Counted from the first letter of the stretch, positions 40,135 through 50,506 are shown. The stretch: 64,000 nt of DNA from Promethearchaeota archaeon (GCA_048939995.1 JBHLOY010000001.1:256001-320000); one strand, 5' to 3'. Notes: generated by a model not told the origin, from the sequence alone. Numbers and translations: made by a program.

Positions 40135-41916
40135 TTATTCTCTTAATTCCCTTCTCAATATTTTACCTACTACTGATTTTGGTAACTCTGGAATAATCTC
40201 TATTATTCGTGGATATTTGAAGGCGCTTATATTTTCCTTGCACCATTCCATAAGATCATCTTTAGTTATTTTTCCTTGGTATTCGGGCTTTAGCGCCACG
40301 TATGCTTTTATATTTTCCCCTGCATCAGGATCAGGCACTCCAACAACTCCAACTTCAGCTACTGCATCATGAAGATACATTAAATCTTCTACTTCTCTTG
40401 GAAATACAGAATGGCCTTTGTATTTAATCATGTCTCTCTTCCTATCCTTTATATGCAGGTATCCATCTTTATCAATACAACCAATATCTGTGGTATAATA
40501 CCAAGTTCTTCCTTCTGAGTCCTTTCTCAAAGCATATTCAGTAGCTTCTGGGCGATTTAAATAACCTAAAAATACTTGAGGGCCACATCCGCATATTTCG
40601 CCAATATATTTTGTCTCATCTGCACCACAGTTTTCGCAACTTTCATTGGGGCATGGAGATAAAATTTTAGTGCCATTTTCTAGATCTACGATTTTTATAA
40701 GAGTATCTGAAACTGGAAATCCCACAGTATTTTCTTTATATTTATGAAAAGGAGTTGCAGTTAAAAGGGGACTAGTCTCACTCATACCAAAACCTTCTAT
40801 AATTAAAGCACCAGTTGTCTCTTCAAATTGCTGCTTAACCTCTAATGGTAAAGGAGCAGCACCGCTTAAGCAAGCAATTAAGGAAGTTAATTCTCCTTTA
40901 TATTTTGGAGTATCTGGATCAAGATTTATTTTTTGCCAGAGGGTTGGAACTCCAGGTCCAAATACTGCACCTTCCTTCATACAAACATCTAAAATTTTAG
41001 AAAGTTTAGCAGGAGGTTGGGGAAATAAGATTAATTTATATCCCATTTGAACTCCGAAATTCATAGCTATTGATAAGGCAAATTCATGTGCTAATGGTAA
41101 AACTACAAACATTCCTCCTGAGCCAAAAGTCTTTTCTACTTCTGGTAGTTGCGTTTTCGCCCAGAGAGCCCCTTGTTGAGCGTTAACTACAAAATTAGCA
41201 TGTGATAATTGACATCCTTTTGGAAGTCCTGTGGTTCCTCCCGTGTAAATAAGAGTTGAGACATCTTGCTTCGGATTTATCTGAACTTTGGGTAATTCAA
41301 TAGGAAGCCCTTTTGCTAATACATCTTGAAAGCTATGAAAATTAATATCTCCAACTTTCATAGGCCACTCCTTCATCCGAGGTACTTTCCCTAATGCCTT
41401 TCCTAATTTAGCTTTGAGTTTTGGAAGATATTCACCGACTCCTGTTAAGATAATATCTTTTAAACTGGGCATTTTACTTAAATCATTATTATGTAAATGT
41501 TCTTCATAAAGTACGTCTAATATTATCATTACTTTCCCTTTCGAATCATTCACTTGATGAATGATTTCACTAAATCGATTTAAAGGAATGATGGGATTAG
41601 CAATTGCTCCAATTCTTATTATGGCATAATATGATATTACAAATTGTGGAAGATTTGGGAGATCTATAAGTATAACATCTCCTTTTTTGATTCCCATCTT
41701 TGAAAGTGCTGTCGAGAACTGATCTACTAGAGTATCTAATTCTCCATAAGTCATTCGAAAACCTTCAAAATAAATAGCTTGACTGTTTGGACTTTCGTTT
41801 GCCGTTTTTCTAAGCATTTCACCCAGTGATATATTTTCATAATCAAAGTGTCTTGGGGTTTCTTCTGGCCAATTTTGGCCAATTCCATAAAATGTGAATA
41901 AATCTTTTTTACTCAT
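40135..41916 (-). CDS. Long-chain fatty acid-CoA ligase
   Basis: YTGGTTGLPKG, GFGMSE, DRKRDMIK, LPKSVVGK. Confidence 0.92.
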   Translation of the reverse strand: MSKKDLFTFYGIGQNWPEETPRHFDYENISLGEMLRKTANESPNSQAIYFEGFRMTYGELDTLVDQFSTALSKMGIKKGDVILIDLPNLPQFVISYYAIIRIGAIANPIIPLNRFSEIIHQVNDSKGKVMIILDVLYEEHLHNNDLSKMPSLKDIILTGVGEYLPKLKAKLGKALGKVPRMKEWPMKVGDINFHSFQDVLAKGLPIELPKVQINPKQDVSTLIYTGGTTGLPKGCQLSHANFVVNAQQGALWAKTQLPEVEKTFGSGGMFVVLPLAHEFALSIAMNFGVQMGYKLILFPQPPAKLSKILDVCMKEGAVFGPGVPTLWQKINLDPDTPKYKGELTSLIACLSGAAPLPLEVKQQFEETTGALIIEGFGMSETSPLLTATPFHKYKENTVGFPVSDTLIKIVDLENGTKILSPCPNESCENCGADETKYIGEICGCGPQVFLGYLNRPEATEYALRKDSEGRTWYYTTDIGCIDKDGYLHIKDRKRDMIKYKGHSVFPREVEDLMYLHDAVAEVGVVGVPDPDAGENIKAYVALKPEYQGKITKDDLMEWCKENISAFKYPRIIEIIPELPKSVVGKILRRELRE

Positions 41917-42030
41917 TTTCTATCTAAATTGATTTTTATGTAAATATGTTAATATTTCTTTCCTTACTATTTAAAATTTTAAGAATTCTATAATAAAGAT
42001 ATTGATCAGCATTTAAATTTAAATTTTGGG

Positions 42031-42456
42031 CTAATATAGATTATGATTTGGGATAAAACTCATCATAACTAAGTCATTTCTTATTTCCCAACCTAATTTT
42101 TGATAGAAAGTTATTACATCTTTGTTACGTTTTTCAATGAACAAGTGAACCTTATGAATTTTTTTTTCACGGAATTTTTTTATTAATTCAGCGATTAGCA
42201 TTCTTCCAAATCCTTTTCTTTGATATTTTGGATCAATGGCCAGATGATGAACATAGCCCCTTCGACCATCGAATCCTCCCATTACAACTCCTATAATTTT
42301 TTCATCGATCTTGCAAATCAAGAAGAATTCTGGGTTCCATTTTAACATTCTTTCTACTTCTTCCCTTGAATCTGATGATGTAATTGTTAGGTTTGTCTTT
42401 TTCCAAAGTTGAACAACATTTTCGTAATCCTCAATTGTAAATTTTTCAATTTTCAT
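42031..42456 (-). CDS. GNAT family acetyltransferase (YpeA-like)
   Basis: MGGFDGRRGYVHHLAIDP.YQRKG.G, FY.KLG. Confidence 0.9.
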   Translation of the reverse strand: MKIEKFTIEDYENVVQLWKKTNLTITSSDSREEVERMLKWNPEFFLICKIDEKIIGVVMGGFDGRRGYVHHLAIDPKYQRKGFGRMLIAELIKKFREKKIHKVHLFIEKRNKDVITFYQKLGWEIRNDLVMMSFIPNHNLY

Positions 42457-42487
42457 AATTCATATTCTAACTTATAATTAAATTAGT

Positions 42488-44599
42488 TTAGTTAAAAAAA
42501 GAACTTATAGAGAGATTATGCATCTCTTTTCTGATTTCTACTTTTTTATTAATAATTTCTTTTATCACGTTTGAAATTTCTATTCTTTTATTTATATCTC
42601 TTGGAAAGGGCAATATGACTTCCATTATTCGGTTTCCAATCGTTGCAATAGTACCTTGTATAAATGTAATTGCTTGGATCTGCTTTTGAACAATATCAAG
42701 GTTTAACAAATATAAAAGCAAAAAGGAGTTAATTTTTTCTTTATTTGGGAGGGTTTTAATTTGAAAAATGTGGCTTTGTATAATTATCTTAGTATCAAAT
42801 TCAGTGATATATGCAGTGTTACCGATTAGATGAGGTCCACCATCTTTAACTAAAATTATATCTCCAACTTCAATATTTTGTTTCTCTCTATAAATTTCAT
42901 ATATTTCATTGCTAGTTTTCTTATGTGAGTCTAGATTTACTTCCCAATTGTTTATATCGCTTGTACGGATAAAAGGGATTTCCCCTAATCCATATAAATT
43001 AGATCCTATCTCATCTCCTCTGGGGAGATAACCAGTTTTAGTAGTAAAAATGATTTTTTTTACTTCTAAATCCTTAATTGAATACAAAATGATGTTTTGA
43101 TCATTTTCAAGTTTTTTAAGTGTTTTTTCTACCCCTGTATAGTAAGAAGGAATAAATATATTATTTTTTATCTGGCTAAAATTGACTTTAAATACCTGCT
43201 GCTCTTTATTATAGTCAAAAGATTCACAATTGTATAATATTTCGTGTAAATCAACTAATTCATCATTAACAATAGGTAAACCCTCCTTATCTAAAATCTT
43301 GGTTCCATCCTTATGTAATTTATATGAAACTTTGCCATCCTTATCGTGACCAACATTATCAACTATTGCAAAATTAAGCTTATAGTCAGGAGGTACAATT
43401 TTTAATTTTTGAAAAAATAGAATGCTAGTCTTATTGCATGTATAAGGTTGAAATGTATTCGGATCTAAGGATACGATGCCTAAAATTTTACCATTTGAAT
43501 TTAAATAGTCCCAGATATACCGATCTGTGGGATTACCGAATAATCCTTCCGGTAAAACTATACCCAATTTTCCTCCATCTTTAAGTAATTGAATGCATCT
43601 TTCAATAAACAAAATCTGTGGGGGTTGTTGTTTTGCAATTCTTTTTTCCATTCGCCATTTGCTTCCTGTATTTTTCCAAATATGACCAAGCTGGTAATCG
43701 CTTAAAATAGATTTTTCATCGATGGGAATCTTTGACCCAAAAGGCGGATTGGTTATAATGTAATTAAAGGAGTCGTTTTTTATAATTTCTTTAGTTTGGG
43801 TTTGGTAATTTTTAGCATCCAAAGAATCTTCACAAAATATATTAGATATCCCTCCAGTTAAAATTGCTAAATACAATTTGCATAGGTTGACTAAGAATGA
43901 ATCTTTATCTATCCCATACAGGTTTGAGACAACTTCAAACTTCTTATCTTCACAAGTTTTTTCATTTTCCTTAAATTTTTTTTCGATTTTTGACCATAAT
44001 AAATCCTTGGTTTCAAGTAAAAAACCGCCATGCCCACAAGCAGGATCAAGGACCCTATCTTTAATGTCTGGATTCAAATAATTTACCATAAATTTTACTA
44101 CATTAGCTGGAGTAAAAAATTGTCCACCTTCATCCTTTAAAACTTTACTCACAAATATTTCAAAAGCATCACTTAAAACGTCTCGAGATGAATTTAAAAG
44201 AGAGATATGTTGTAACTCTTTAACGATTAGATAGATTAGTTCTTTGTTTAAATTAATTTTTTCATCTCTTTCAATTACATCTTGATATATTCTTTTAACA
44301 CTCTTATTGAACAGATCCTTTATTCTTAGTGATAAACTAGATGCCTTTTCTCCTTCTTTAACGCAAAACTCAACAGGTTCTTCGGGGCTTGTATTTTTCT
44401 CATCTATTATTTTGCATAAAAGCAAATTTATAATTTCTTTGGACCTTGATCTCGTGTCTGTATGAGTATATTTTAATTTTCCATAAAGATGTTGATTTAT
44501 TTGAGTAAAGATTTTTTTTAGGTTTGGTACCTTTACTAAATCTTTTTTCCTTAATACTTTCGGCTTTTCCACTAGGTAATCAGTTATTTTAGTTTTCAT
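42488..44599 (-). CDS. N6-adenine DNA methyltransferase fused to a type I-like target recognition domain
   Basis: GQFFTP, DPACGHGGFL (motif I), TNPPFG (motif IV), GIVLPEG; C-terminal PFIRTSDI...GDII..KDG TRD-like region. Confidence 0.88.
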   Translation of the reverse strand: MKTKITDYLVEKPKVLRKKDLVKVPNLKKIFTQINQHLYGKLKYTHTDTRSRSKEIINLLLCKIIDEKNTSPEEPVEFCVKEGEKASSLSLRIKDLFNKSVKRIYQDVIERDEKINLNKELIYLIVKELQHISLLNSSRDVLSDAFEIFVSKVLKDEGGQFFTPANVVKFMVNYLNPDIKDRVLDPACGHGGFLLETKDLLWSKIEKKFKENEKTCEDKKFEVVSNLYGIDKDSFLVNLCKLYLAILTGGISNIFCEDSLDAKNYQTQTKEIIKNDSFNYIITNPPFGSKIPIDEKSILSDYQLGHIWKNTGSKWRMEKRIAKQQPPQILFIERCIQLLKDGGKLGIVLPEGLFGNPTDRYIWDYLNSNGKILGIVSLDPNTFQPYTCNKTSILFFQKLKIVPPDYKLNFAIVDNVGHDKDGKVSYKLHKDGTKILDKEGLPIVNDELVDLHEILYNCESFDYNKEQQVFKVNFSQIKNNIFIPSYYTGVEKTLKKLENDQNIILYSIKDLEVKKIIFTTKTGYLPRGDEIGSNLYGLGEIPFIRTSDINNWEVNLDSHKKTSNEIYEIYREKQNIEVGDIILVKDGGPHLIGNTAYITEFDTKIIIQSHIFQIKTLPNKEKINSFLLLYLLNLDIVQKQIQAITFIQGTIATIGNRIMEVILPFPRDINKRIEISNVIKEIINKKVEIRKEMHNLSISSFFN

Positions 44600-44707
44600 T
44601 AAAAATTATGTTTAATCTTTATTATAACATCCTTTTAGTTTTACTATAACATTTTATTGTTATTCAAATTATTATTCTTTTTTATTAAAAGAAAATTAAT
44701 TTAAATT

Positions 44708-45493
44708 ATGTCTTCTAATGATTTAGATTTCGGACAATATATTGACTTTTCCACGCAAAAAAGATTTGGAATAATAAAACTTAATAGGGTTAATAGATCG
44801 AATGCGTTTACAATTGAGCAATTAGAAAATTTGAAAAAGGTATTGATTTATTGCCAAGAGAAAAAGACAATTAAGGGGTTAATACTTACAGCTAATGGAG
44901 ATAGCTTTAGCACGGGGATGGATTTATCTGCTGTGACATCATACAACTATGAAGGTGTTAAAAAGTTAGAAAAATTAGCGGCTCAAATATGTGAATTGCT
45001 ATTTAATGGAAAGCCTTCTATTTGTGCTATAAATGGGCGAACATTGGGGGAAGGTGTAGTATTTATGGTTTGTTGTGATTATCGCATCGCTGTAGAGGGT
45101 AGTTACTTCCAAATGCCTGAAATTAACTCTGCTATATTTCCTGGTACAGGGTGTATAGTCTTGTTTTCAAAAATAATTGGAATCTCTTGGACTAAGAAAA
45201 TGTTAATGTTTTCTGAGAAAATTGACACTCAAAAAGCCTTAGAAATTGGATTAATTGACAAGATCGTTAGTTCGAGAGATGATTTGATAAAGTCAACAAT
45301 GGAAAAAGTACAATTTCTTTATTCGAAAAATCAAACTGTCTTAAATGCAATTAAATTGTATAGTAATCATTTACTTGATAAAAATTTTAAAATCGGCTAT
45401 GAATTAGAAAAAATTGGTTCTGATTGGTATAAGTTCGAAAGAAAAGAAGAGATGATTAATAATCTTAGGGAAAAATTCAACTGGAAACCATGA
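44708..45493 (+). CDS. Enoyl-CoA hydratase/isomerase (crotonase)
   Basis: FSTGMDL, KPSICAING, CDYRIA, MPEI...FPG. Confidence 0.88.
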   Translation: MSSNDLDFGQYIDFSTQKRFGIIKLNRVNRSNAFTIEQLENLKKVLIYCQEKKTIKGLILTANGDSFSTGMDLSAVTSYNYEGVKKLEKLAAQICELLFNGKPSICAINGRTLGEGVVFMVCCDYRIAVEGSYFQMPEINSAIFPGTGCIVLFSKIIGISWTKKMLMFSEKIDTQKALEIGLIDKIVSSRDDLIKSTMEKVQFLYSKNQTVLNAIKLYSNHLLDKNFKIGYELEKIGSDWYKFERKEEMINNLREKFNWKP

Positions 45494-45717
45494 ATAATCG
45501 TTAGCTTATTTCCATGTATATTTTTTAAGAAATAACTCTCAGCTAATTTGATAATTAGCATAATTTTTACAAGATAGGTTAATTTACATAATCTTTAAAT
45601 CATGGTTTAAGTTAATTACCCATAACTATCTTTACATATTCTATATTAAAAATCAATCTTTGACTAAAAAAGCTGAAAATCGAAAGAAATCAACAATCTA
45701 CCTGTAGGTGATAGAAA

Positions 45718-46014
45718 GTGGCAAAGAAAAAGAAAGTTGAAGATGATACAGAAAAAGTCTTTATCGGTAAAAAAAAATCTATGAGTTATGTAATGGCAGC
45801 AATGGTCATTCTAAATGATAGACCGGTAAGAATTCTTGCTCGAGGGAGATCAATATCCAGAGCAGTAGATGTGTCTGAAATTCTCATTAATAAATTTGTG
45901 CCTGGAAGTACTTATGGAGAGATAAAAATTGATACCGAAACATTAAGTAATGATGACAACACTCAAACAAACGTATCATCTATCGAAATTGAAATAATCC
46001 CTCCCAAAAAATAA
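45718..46014 (+). CDS. albA: DNA/RNA-binding chromatin protein Alba
   Basis: VFIGKK..MSYV, ARGRSISRAVDV, NVSSIEI; GGTGA SD and GTG start. Confidence 0.93.
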   Translation: MAKKKKVEDDTEKVFIGKKKSMSYVMAAMVILNDRPVRILARGRSISRAVDVSEILINKFVPGSTYGEIKIDTETLSNDDNTQTNVSSIEIEIIPPKK

Positions 46015-46030
46015 CAAGTAAAATCTAAAT

Positions 46031-46080
46031 AATCAGGAGAAAATCAGGAGACTTTCTCGTTTATTTTTTTTATTTTCTAT
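46031..46080 (+). terminator. Probable terminator between convergent alba and cooT
   Basis: AATCAGGAGA direct repeat, GAGAAA/TTTCTC stem, followed by a T-tract. Confidence 0.4.
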
Positions 46081-46132
46081 TTTGTTATGATTTTTTACAG
46101 TTTTTTGAATCTATAATAATTCAAGTGTCAGT

Positions 46133-46432
46133 TTAAATGTCTGCTTTAATTTCCTCTAATTGATTCTGAAATTTTTCTATTTGCTTCTTTGTAATTGTCC
46201 TATTATTTATATCAATTACTAGTTTTAGAAAATCTTGAATAATTGGATTTTCCAAAACAATACATGTTTGATTCAAAGTATTAACATTCAAAATTAACGT
46301 TGATTTCAAGATTTCTCCTATACCTAATACATCTTTACATAATAATTCATAATTTTCATTGTAAGATAGAATGACTATATCCTCCAATATCTGAGCCCCA
46401 TCATTTTTCTTTATAATCTTAAATTCACACAT
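46133..46432 (-). CDS. cooT: CooT-family nickel-binding protein with C-terminal helical extension
   Basis: N-terminal MCE, ILEDI, L..DVLG pattern of CooT; divergent from cdhBC. Confidence 0.7.
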   Translation of the reverse strand: MCEFKIIKKNDGAQILEDIVILSYNENYELLCKDVLGIGEILKSTLILNVNTLNQTCIVLENPIIQDFLKLVIDINNRTITKKQIEKFQNQLEEIKADI

Positions 46433-46586
46433 ATTAGACTTATCTCAAAATTTTTAATTATAATAGCCTTATATCTACTTTAATTAAATAAAACCAAATT
46501 TTTTAAAATACGCTTAATAAAATAAAATATAGCAATTATTTTAAAACATATACGTAAAAACTTTTACAGAGGAAATTGGTGGAATT

Positions 46587-47117
46587 ATGGCAAGACCATA
46601 CCAAAAAGCGAATATTCCTGGACCAGAAATGGGTACTACTGTTTTTGAACCGCAAGTCATGGCTAATTTACTGAAGAGTCCTAAGAAGAAAGTGTTTGTA
46701 ATTGGTGCTGAATCACTAACATGGGAACTCAATGGCAAGAAAGTTGTCGATTATTTTGTTGATATTGCGAAAAAGCTAGATGGGCATATCGTCGCTACTG
46801 GACACACATACAAATATCTAAAGCAAAAGATCGACACTACTAAACTTTGGGAAATGTCATTAATCAATATCACCGCAAGATTAGTCGACAAAGATTGGAA
46901 AGGATTAGATGGAAACGGTCAATATAATATGGCGATTTTCGGAGGTCATCTCGTATTTTATGTCAGTCAAACCCTAAGTCGAATCAAGAATTTCTCAAAT
47001 TGGGTAAAAACAATTGAATTAGATAAATATGCACACCCAAATGCGCGCTTTAGCTTACCTAACTTTAGCGATAACGATTGGAAAGAGTTTTTAGAAAAAT
47101 TAATTGAATTATTATAA
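46587..47117 (+). CDS. cdhB: CO dehydrogenase/acetyl-CoA synthase complex epsilon subunit
   Basis: DWKGLDGNGQY, Y.SQTLS..KNF, HPNA.FS.PN. Confidence 0.92.
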   Translation: MARPYQKANIPGPEMGTTVFEPQVMANLLKSPKKKVFVIGAESLTWELNGKKVVDYFVDIAKKLDGHIVATGHTYKYLKQKIDTTKLWEMSLINITARLVDKDWKGLDGNGQYNMAIFGGHLVFYVSQTLSRIKNFSNWVKTIELDKYAHPNARFSLPNFSDNDWKEFLEKLIELL

Positions 47118-47156
47118 TAAGAAATATAAAAGGAACTTTATGAGGAGAAGTATAAA

Positions 47157-48566
47157 ATGAGTTTTTCAGATATGCCTGTAGATGTTGGCCCCGTGTATGA
47201 GGGAGAACGTATCAGAGCAAACCAAATGTTTGTAGAACTCGGCGGACCCAAGATCGAGAAGCATTTTGAATTGGTTAGAGTAAAAACAGCAAAAGAGATC
47301 AAGGATGGTCAAGTTACACTTCATGGTCCTGATCTTAAAGACATGAAAGAAGGTGAAAGATATCCTATTGGTATTTTGGTAGAAGTAGCTGGACCTGAAT
47401 TAGAAGAAGATTTAGAAGCCGTATTTGAAAGAAGAATTCATGAATTTTGTAACTTCGTTAATGGTATTATGCATTTAAATCAACGTTATACTAACTGGAT
47501 GCGAATTTCGAAATCTGCTTTTGAGAAAGGTTTTAATTCATTCGACTTACTTGGAACTATCTTAATTAGATTATATAAAGCAGAATTACCAATTATCGAG
47601 CAAGCTCAAGTGACTTTCTTTACTGACGAAAAAGAAATTGAAAGACCTTATGATATGGCAATTGAGATTTATAATAAAAGAGACGAAAGAGCTCGAACTA
47701 TCCATGATGAAGATGTCGATATGTTTTATGGTTGTGTGTTGTGCCAGTCTTTTGCGCCAACTCACGCATGTTGCATCACTCCTGATAGGACTTCATTATG
47801 TGGTTCAATAAATTGGTTTGACGCTCGTGCAGCTGCTAAAGTGGATCCTAAAGGTCCTATCTATGAGATCCCCCCCGGTGAATGCCTAAATGAGCTAGCA
47901 GGAGAGTTTTCTGGTGTAAATGAAATGATTAAGAAACGCTCCCTTGGTGAGATTGAAAGAATTTATCTTTATAGCGGAATGGAATTCCCTCATACTTCTT
48001 GCGGATGTTTTGAGGCGATAGATTTCTACATCCCTGAAGTGAATGGTCATGGAATTGTTGATCGTAACTTTGATGGTGTCGCGATAAATGGTTTACCATT
48101 CTCAGCAATGGCTAACCAGACTGGTGGAGGAAAACAAATGCCTGGTTTCAATGGAGTAAGCATACAATATATTGCAAGCCCGAAATATCAAAAATATGAT
48201 GGTGGAATAGAAACAATTGTTTGGATGCCAAAAGCAGTTAAGGATAGGCTTGGAGAGCTACTTCCACAGGACCTTTTACCCAAGATTGCTACAGAAGAGG
48301 ATATCCAAGATATTAATGAGTTACGTGATTTTCTAAAAGAAAAGAATCATCCTGTAGTTAAAACCTGGACTGAGCTTGAAGCAATGGAGGAAGAAGAAGA
48401 GGAGGAATGGGCAGAGGAAGGCGCAATGGTCCCAATGGGTACTGTTGGCATGACAATTCCAGGCGTTGGTGGGGCAGGTGGCTTTAAAATTATTTTAAAG
48501 AATTGTAAGATACATGCTGAATCAATAATCATTAAAAGAATAGAACCTTCAAAAAAGAAGAAATAA
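47157..48566 (+). CDS. cdhC: Acetyl-CoA synthase (ACDS beta subunit)
   Basis: YEGERIR, GCVLCQSFAPTH, R.SLCG, HTSCGCFE A-cluster ligands, acidic linker and C-terminal KIILKN. Confidence 0.96.
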   Translation: MSFSDMPVDVGPVYEGERIRANQMFVELGGPKIEKHFELVRVKTAKEIKDGQVTLHGPDLKDMKEGERYPIGILVEVAGPELEEDLEAVFERRIHEFCNFVNGIMHLNQRYTNWMRISKSAFEKGFNSFDLLGTILIRLYKAELPIIEQAQVTFFTDEKEIERPYDMAIEIYNKRDERARTIHDEDVDMFYGCVLCQSFAPTHACCITPDRTSLCGSINWFDARAAAKVDPKGPIYEIPPGECLNELAGEFSGVNEMIKKRSLGEIERIYLYSGMEFPHTSCGCFEAIDFYIPEVNGHGIVDRNFDGVAINGLPFSAMANQTGGGKQMPGFNGVSIQYIASPKYQKYDGGIETIVWMPKAVKDRLGELLPQDLLPKIATEEDIQDINELRDFLKEKNHPVVKTWTELEAMEEEEEEEWAEEGAMVPMGTVGMTIPGVGGAGGFKIILKNCKIHAESIIIKRIEPSKKKK

Positions 48567-48738
48567 TTTTCTAATCTATTTTATTTTACTTTTATTTCTT
48601 TTTATATTATTTGAAGTAAGTATTTAGTTAATTTAGCTAATAAATTATTAAATAAATTATTATTTATTAAGAGCTCCTATTTCTTATTTACTTAAATTGG
48701 AAATCAAAATTTAATTAGGAATAAGGAATTTAGAGGAG

Positions 48739-49272
48739 TTGAAAGATTTAATGGGCAAAGGTGGAATAGTTTTAGGAATGATTGCTCTATTATTAGGTGC
48801 TAGTGGTTTAGGTTTAGGGGTGATTACATATATAAACCAAGGTAATATACAAATAAATCAAGAAATCACACAAGTAATTCGACTGCCACCAGAATTCTGG
48901 TATGTTTATAAAGAAGATATTTTTACACCCACAAGTGGTGTATATATAAACGTTCCTGATTTATATGTAATTGTTTATTTGGATGTCGCTGCTACGGTCC
49001 ATCTTTTATTTACTACAAGCACAAGAATACTTCCTGATCCATTCAGTTTTGCTGACATGCTTTTCTATTTCTGGATTGATGGGGTCCGATTAACTAATCC
49101 ATTCACTCGTGCTGGTCCTTTTGAAGGAGATGCAACCTATCAATATTATCCTGTCGCGCTACAACATTCTCAGGCTTTAACCGCTGGATTTCATAATATT
49201 AGCATAACAGTATTTTCTGAAACTGCGGGAAACTTAATGAGAAGCAGTGGTCTTGCAGTAACACGTTATTAA
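48739..49272 (+). CDS. Hypothetical membrane-anchored protein with beta-rich extracellular domain
   Basis: N-terminal GIVLGMIALLLGASGLGLG helix; beta-rich remainder (GFHNISITV). Confidence 0.7.
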   Translation: MKDLMGKGGIVLGMIALLLGASGLGLGVITYINQGNIQINQEITQVIRLPPEFWYVYKEDIFTPTSGVYINVPDLYVIVYLDVAATVHLLFTTSTRILPDPFSFADMLFYFWIDGVRLTNPFTRAGPFEGDATYQYYPVALQHSQALTAGFHNISITVFSETAGNLMRSSGLAVTRY

Positions 49273-49337
49273 ATATCGAAAAAATTAATTCTTTTTATTT
49301 TTTTATTCTATATATAGGAGTATTTCTTTAAACTCAA

Positions 49338-49631
49338 CTATCTTTCTGTATATCCGATAAAACCTCCTATTAGTACTAGTATTCCACCAATTAAACTTGT
49401 ATATACAATCATAATTATTCCTAAAACTACAAACAGTATCCAATTTAAAGGGATAGGATTATTAGGACGAATAATACTAAGTAGTATAATTACAGCAATA
49501 ACTATAGCAGCGATTAAGGTAACTACCTGTATAAGATCTAAATTTCTTTGATTGAATCCCAATATTGCTTCGATTAATGAGATTGCTCCACCTATACCTC
49601 CTAAAAGTTTCATTAAATCCTCGTTTCGCAT
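49338..49631 (-). CDS. Small hypothetical membrane protein
   Basis: Three to four hydrophobic Gly-rich helices. Confidence 0.7.
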   Translation of the reverse strand: MRNEDLMKLLGGIGGAISLIEAILGFNQRNLDLIQVVTLIAAIVIAVIILLSIIRPNNPIPLNWILFVVLGIIMIVYTSLIGGILVLIGGFIGYTER

Positions 49632-49805
49632 TGGTTAGAAGAAGCTAAACTACATTTTAATTATATTTATTATAAAAATTCATTATAAAAAATCTAATGA
49701 TTTTTTTCAAAATAATGATACATTTTAATTTTTAGGTGCATTGATTGAGGAGTATCCGTAATCTTTTATCTTTAAGGAAATTAACTAAAATAATTAAAAG
49801 TACGG

Positions 49806-49869
49806 AGGAAAAGTTTATAAATAATATAAAATAGTTATAAGCTTGCCATTATGCTAATTTTTGGCAAGT
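49806..49869 (+). promoter_or_regulatory. BRE-TATA plus inverted repeat upstream of the SET gene
   Basis: AGGAAAAG-TTTATAAA (49814-49821), then CTTGCCA-N13-TGGCAAG (49842-49868). Confidence 0.5.
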
Positions 49870-49877
49870 GACTTAGA

Positions 49878-50366
49878 TTGAAGTATCAATCAGATGTTAA
49901 TACTTGTTTTTATGGAAAGTGTTTAATCGCAACTGAGGATTTATCCCCAAATATTGTGGTTGAAAAACTCGAGGGCTATTATGTTCAAAAAGGAGAAATT
50001 CCACCAGACGAAATATGTCACGCAATTCTAGTCGATAAGGGAATGTGGATGGTAATTCAAACAAATGCAAGATATATTAACCATTCATGTTCTCCAAATT
50101 GTTATATTAATGATAACTTAGAAATAATAACTAAGCTTACAATAAAAAAAGGAGAAGAGCTCACAATTTGCTATAATATTGTCCATAATGGTGAAAATCC
50201 AGGACAATGGGATGATAAATGGAGCTTCCTTTGTCTTTGTGGTTCAAAGAATTGTCAAGGGATTATTAATAAGTATATTACTGAAGATGGATTAATGTAT
50301 ATTGCGCCTGTGAATGAGGGTTTTAAAAATCAAATTGAAGTTCAAAATATATCTATCGAATACTAA
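49878..50366 (+). CDS. SET-domain protein lysine methyltransferase with post-SET Cys cluster
   Basis: ARYINHSCSPNC, IKKGEELTICY, CLCGSKNCQG. Confidence 0.93.
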   Translation: MKYQSDVNTCFYGKCLIATEDLSPNIVVEKLEGYYVQKGEIPPDEICHAILVDKGMWMVIQTNARYINHSCSPNCYINDNLEIITKLTIKKGEELTICYNIVHNGENPGQWDDKWSFLCLCGSKNCQGIINKYITEDGLMYIAPVNEGFKNQIEVQNISIEY

Positions 50367-50506
50367 AAAACCACAATTTAGACTTCTAATTCTATATTTC
50401 TATTTTTATTTTAAATGAAATATTACTTTTTTCACAGCCTTTTTCATTTTTTAAATGATGTATAAGCTTTTTAACTTATTATTAAATTTTTGTATCTTGT
50501 TTTCTA

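Noticed and set aside
20667-42010. TGATCA palindromes upstream of several lipid genes (near 20670, 28750, 38268, 42004)
   Set aside because: A 6-mer is expected several times by chance in this much AT-rich intergenic DNA; flanks are not conserved
48386-48420. GAA/GAG repeat tract
   Set aside because: Encodes the normal acidic linker of CdhC; not an independent repeat element
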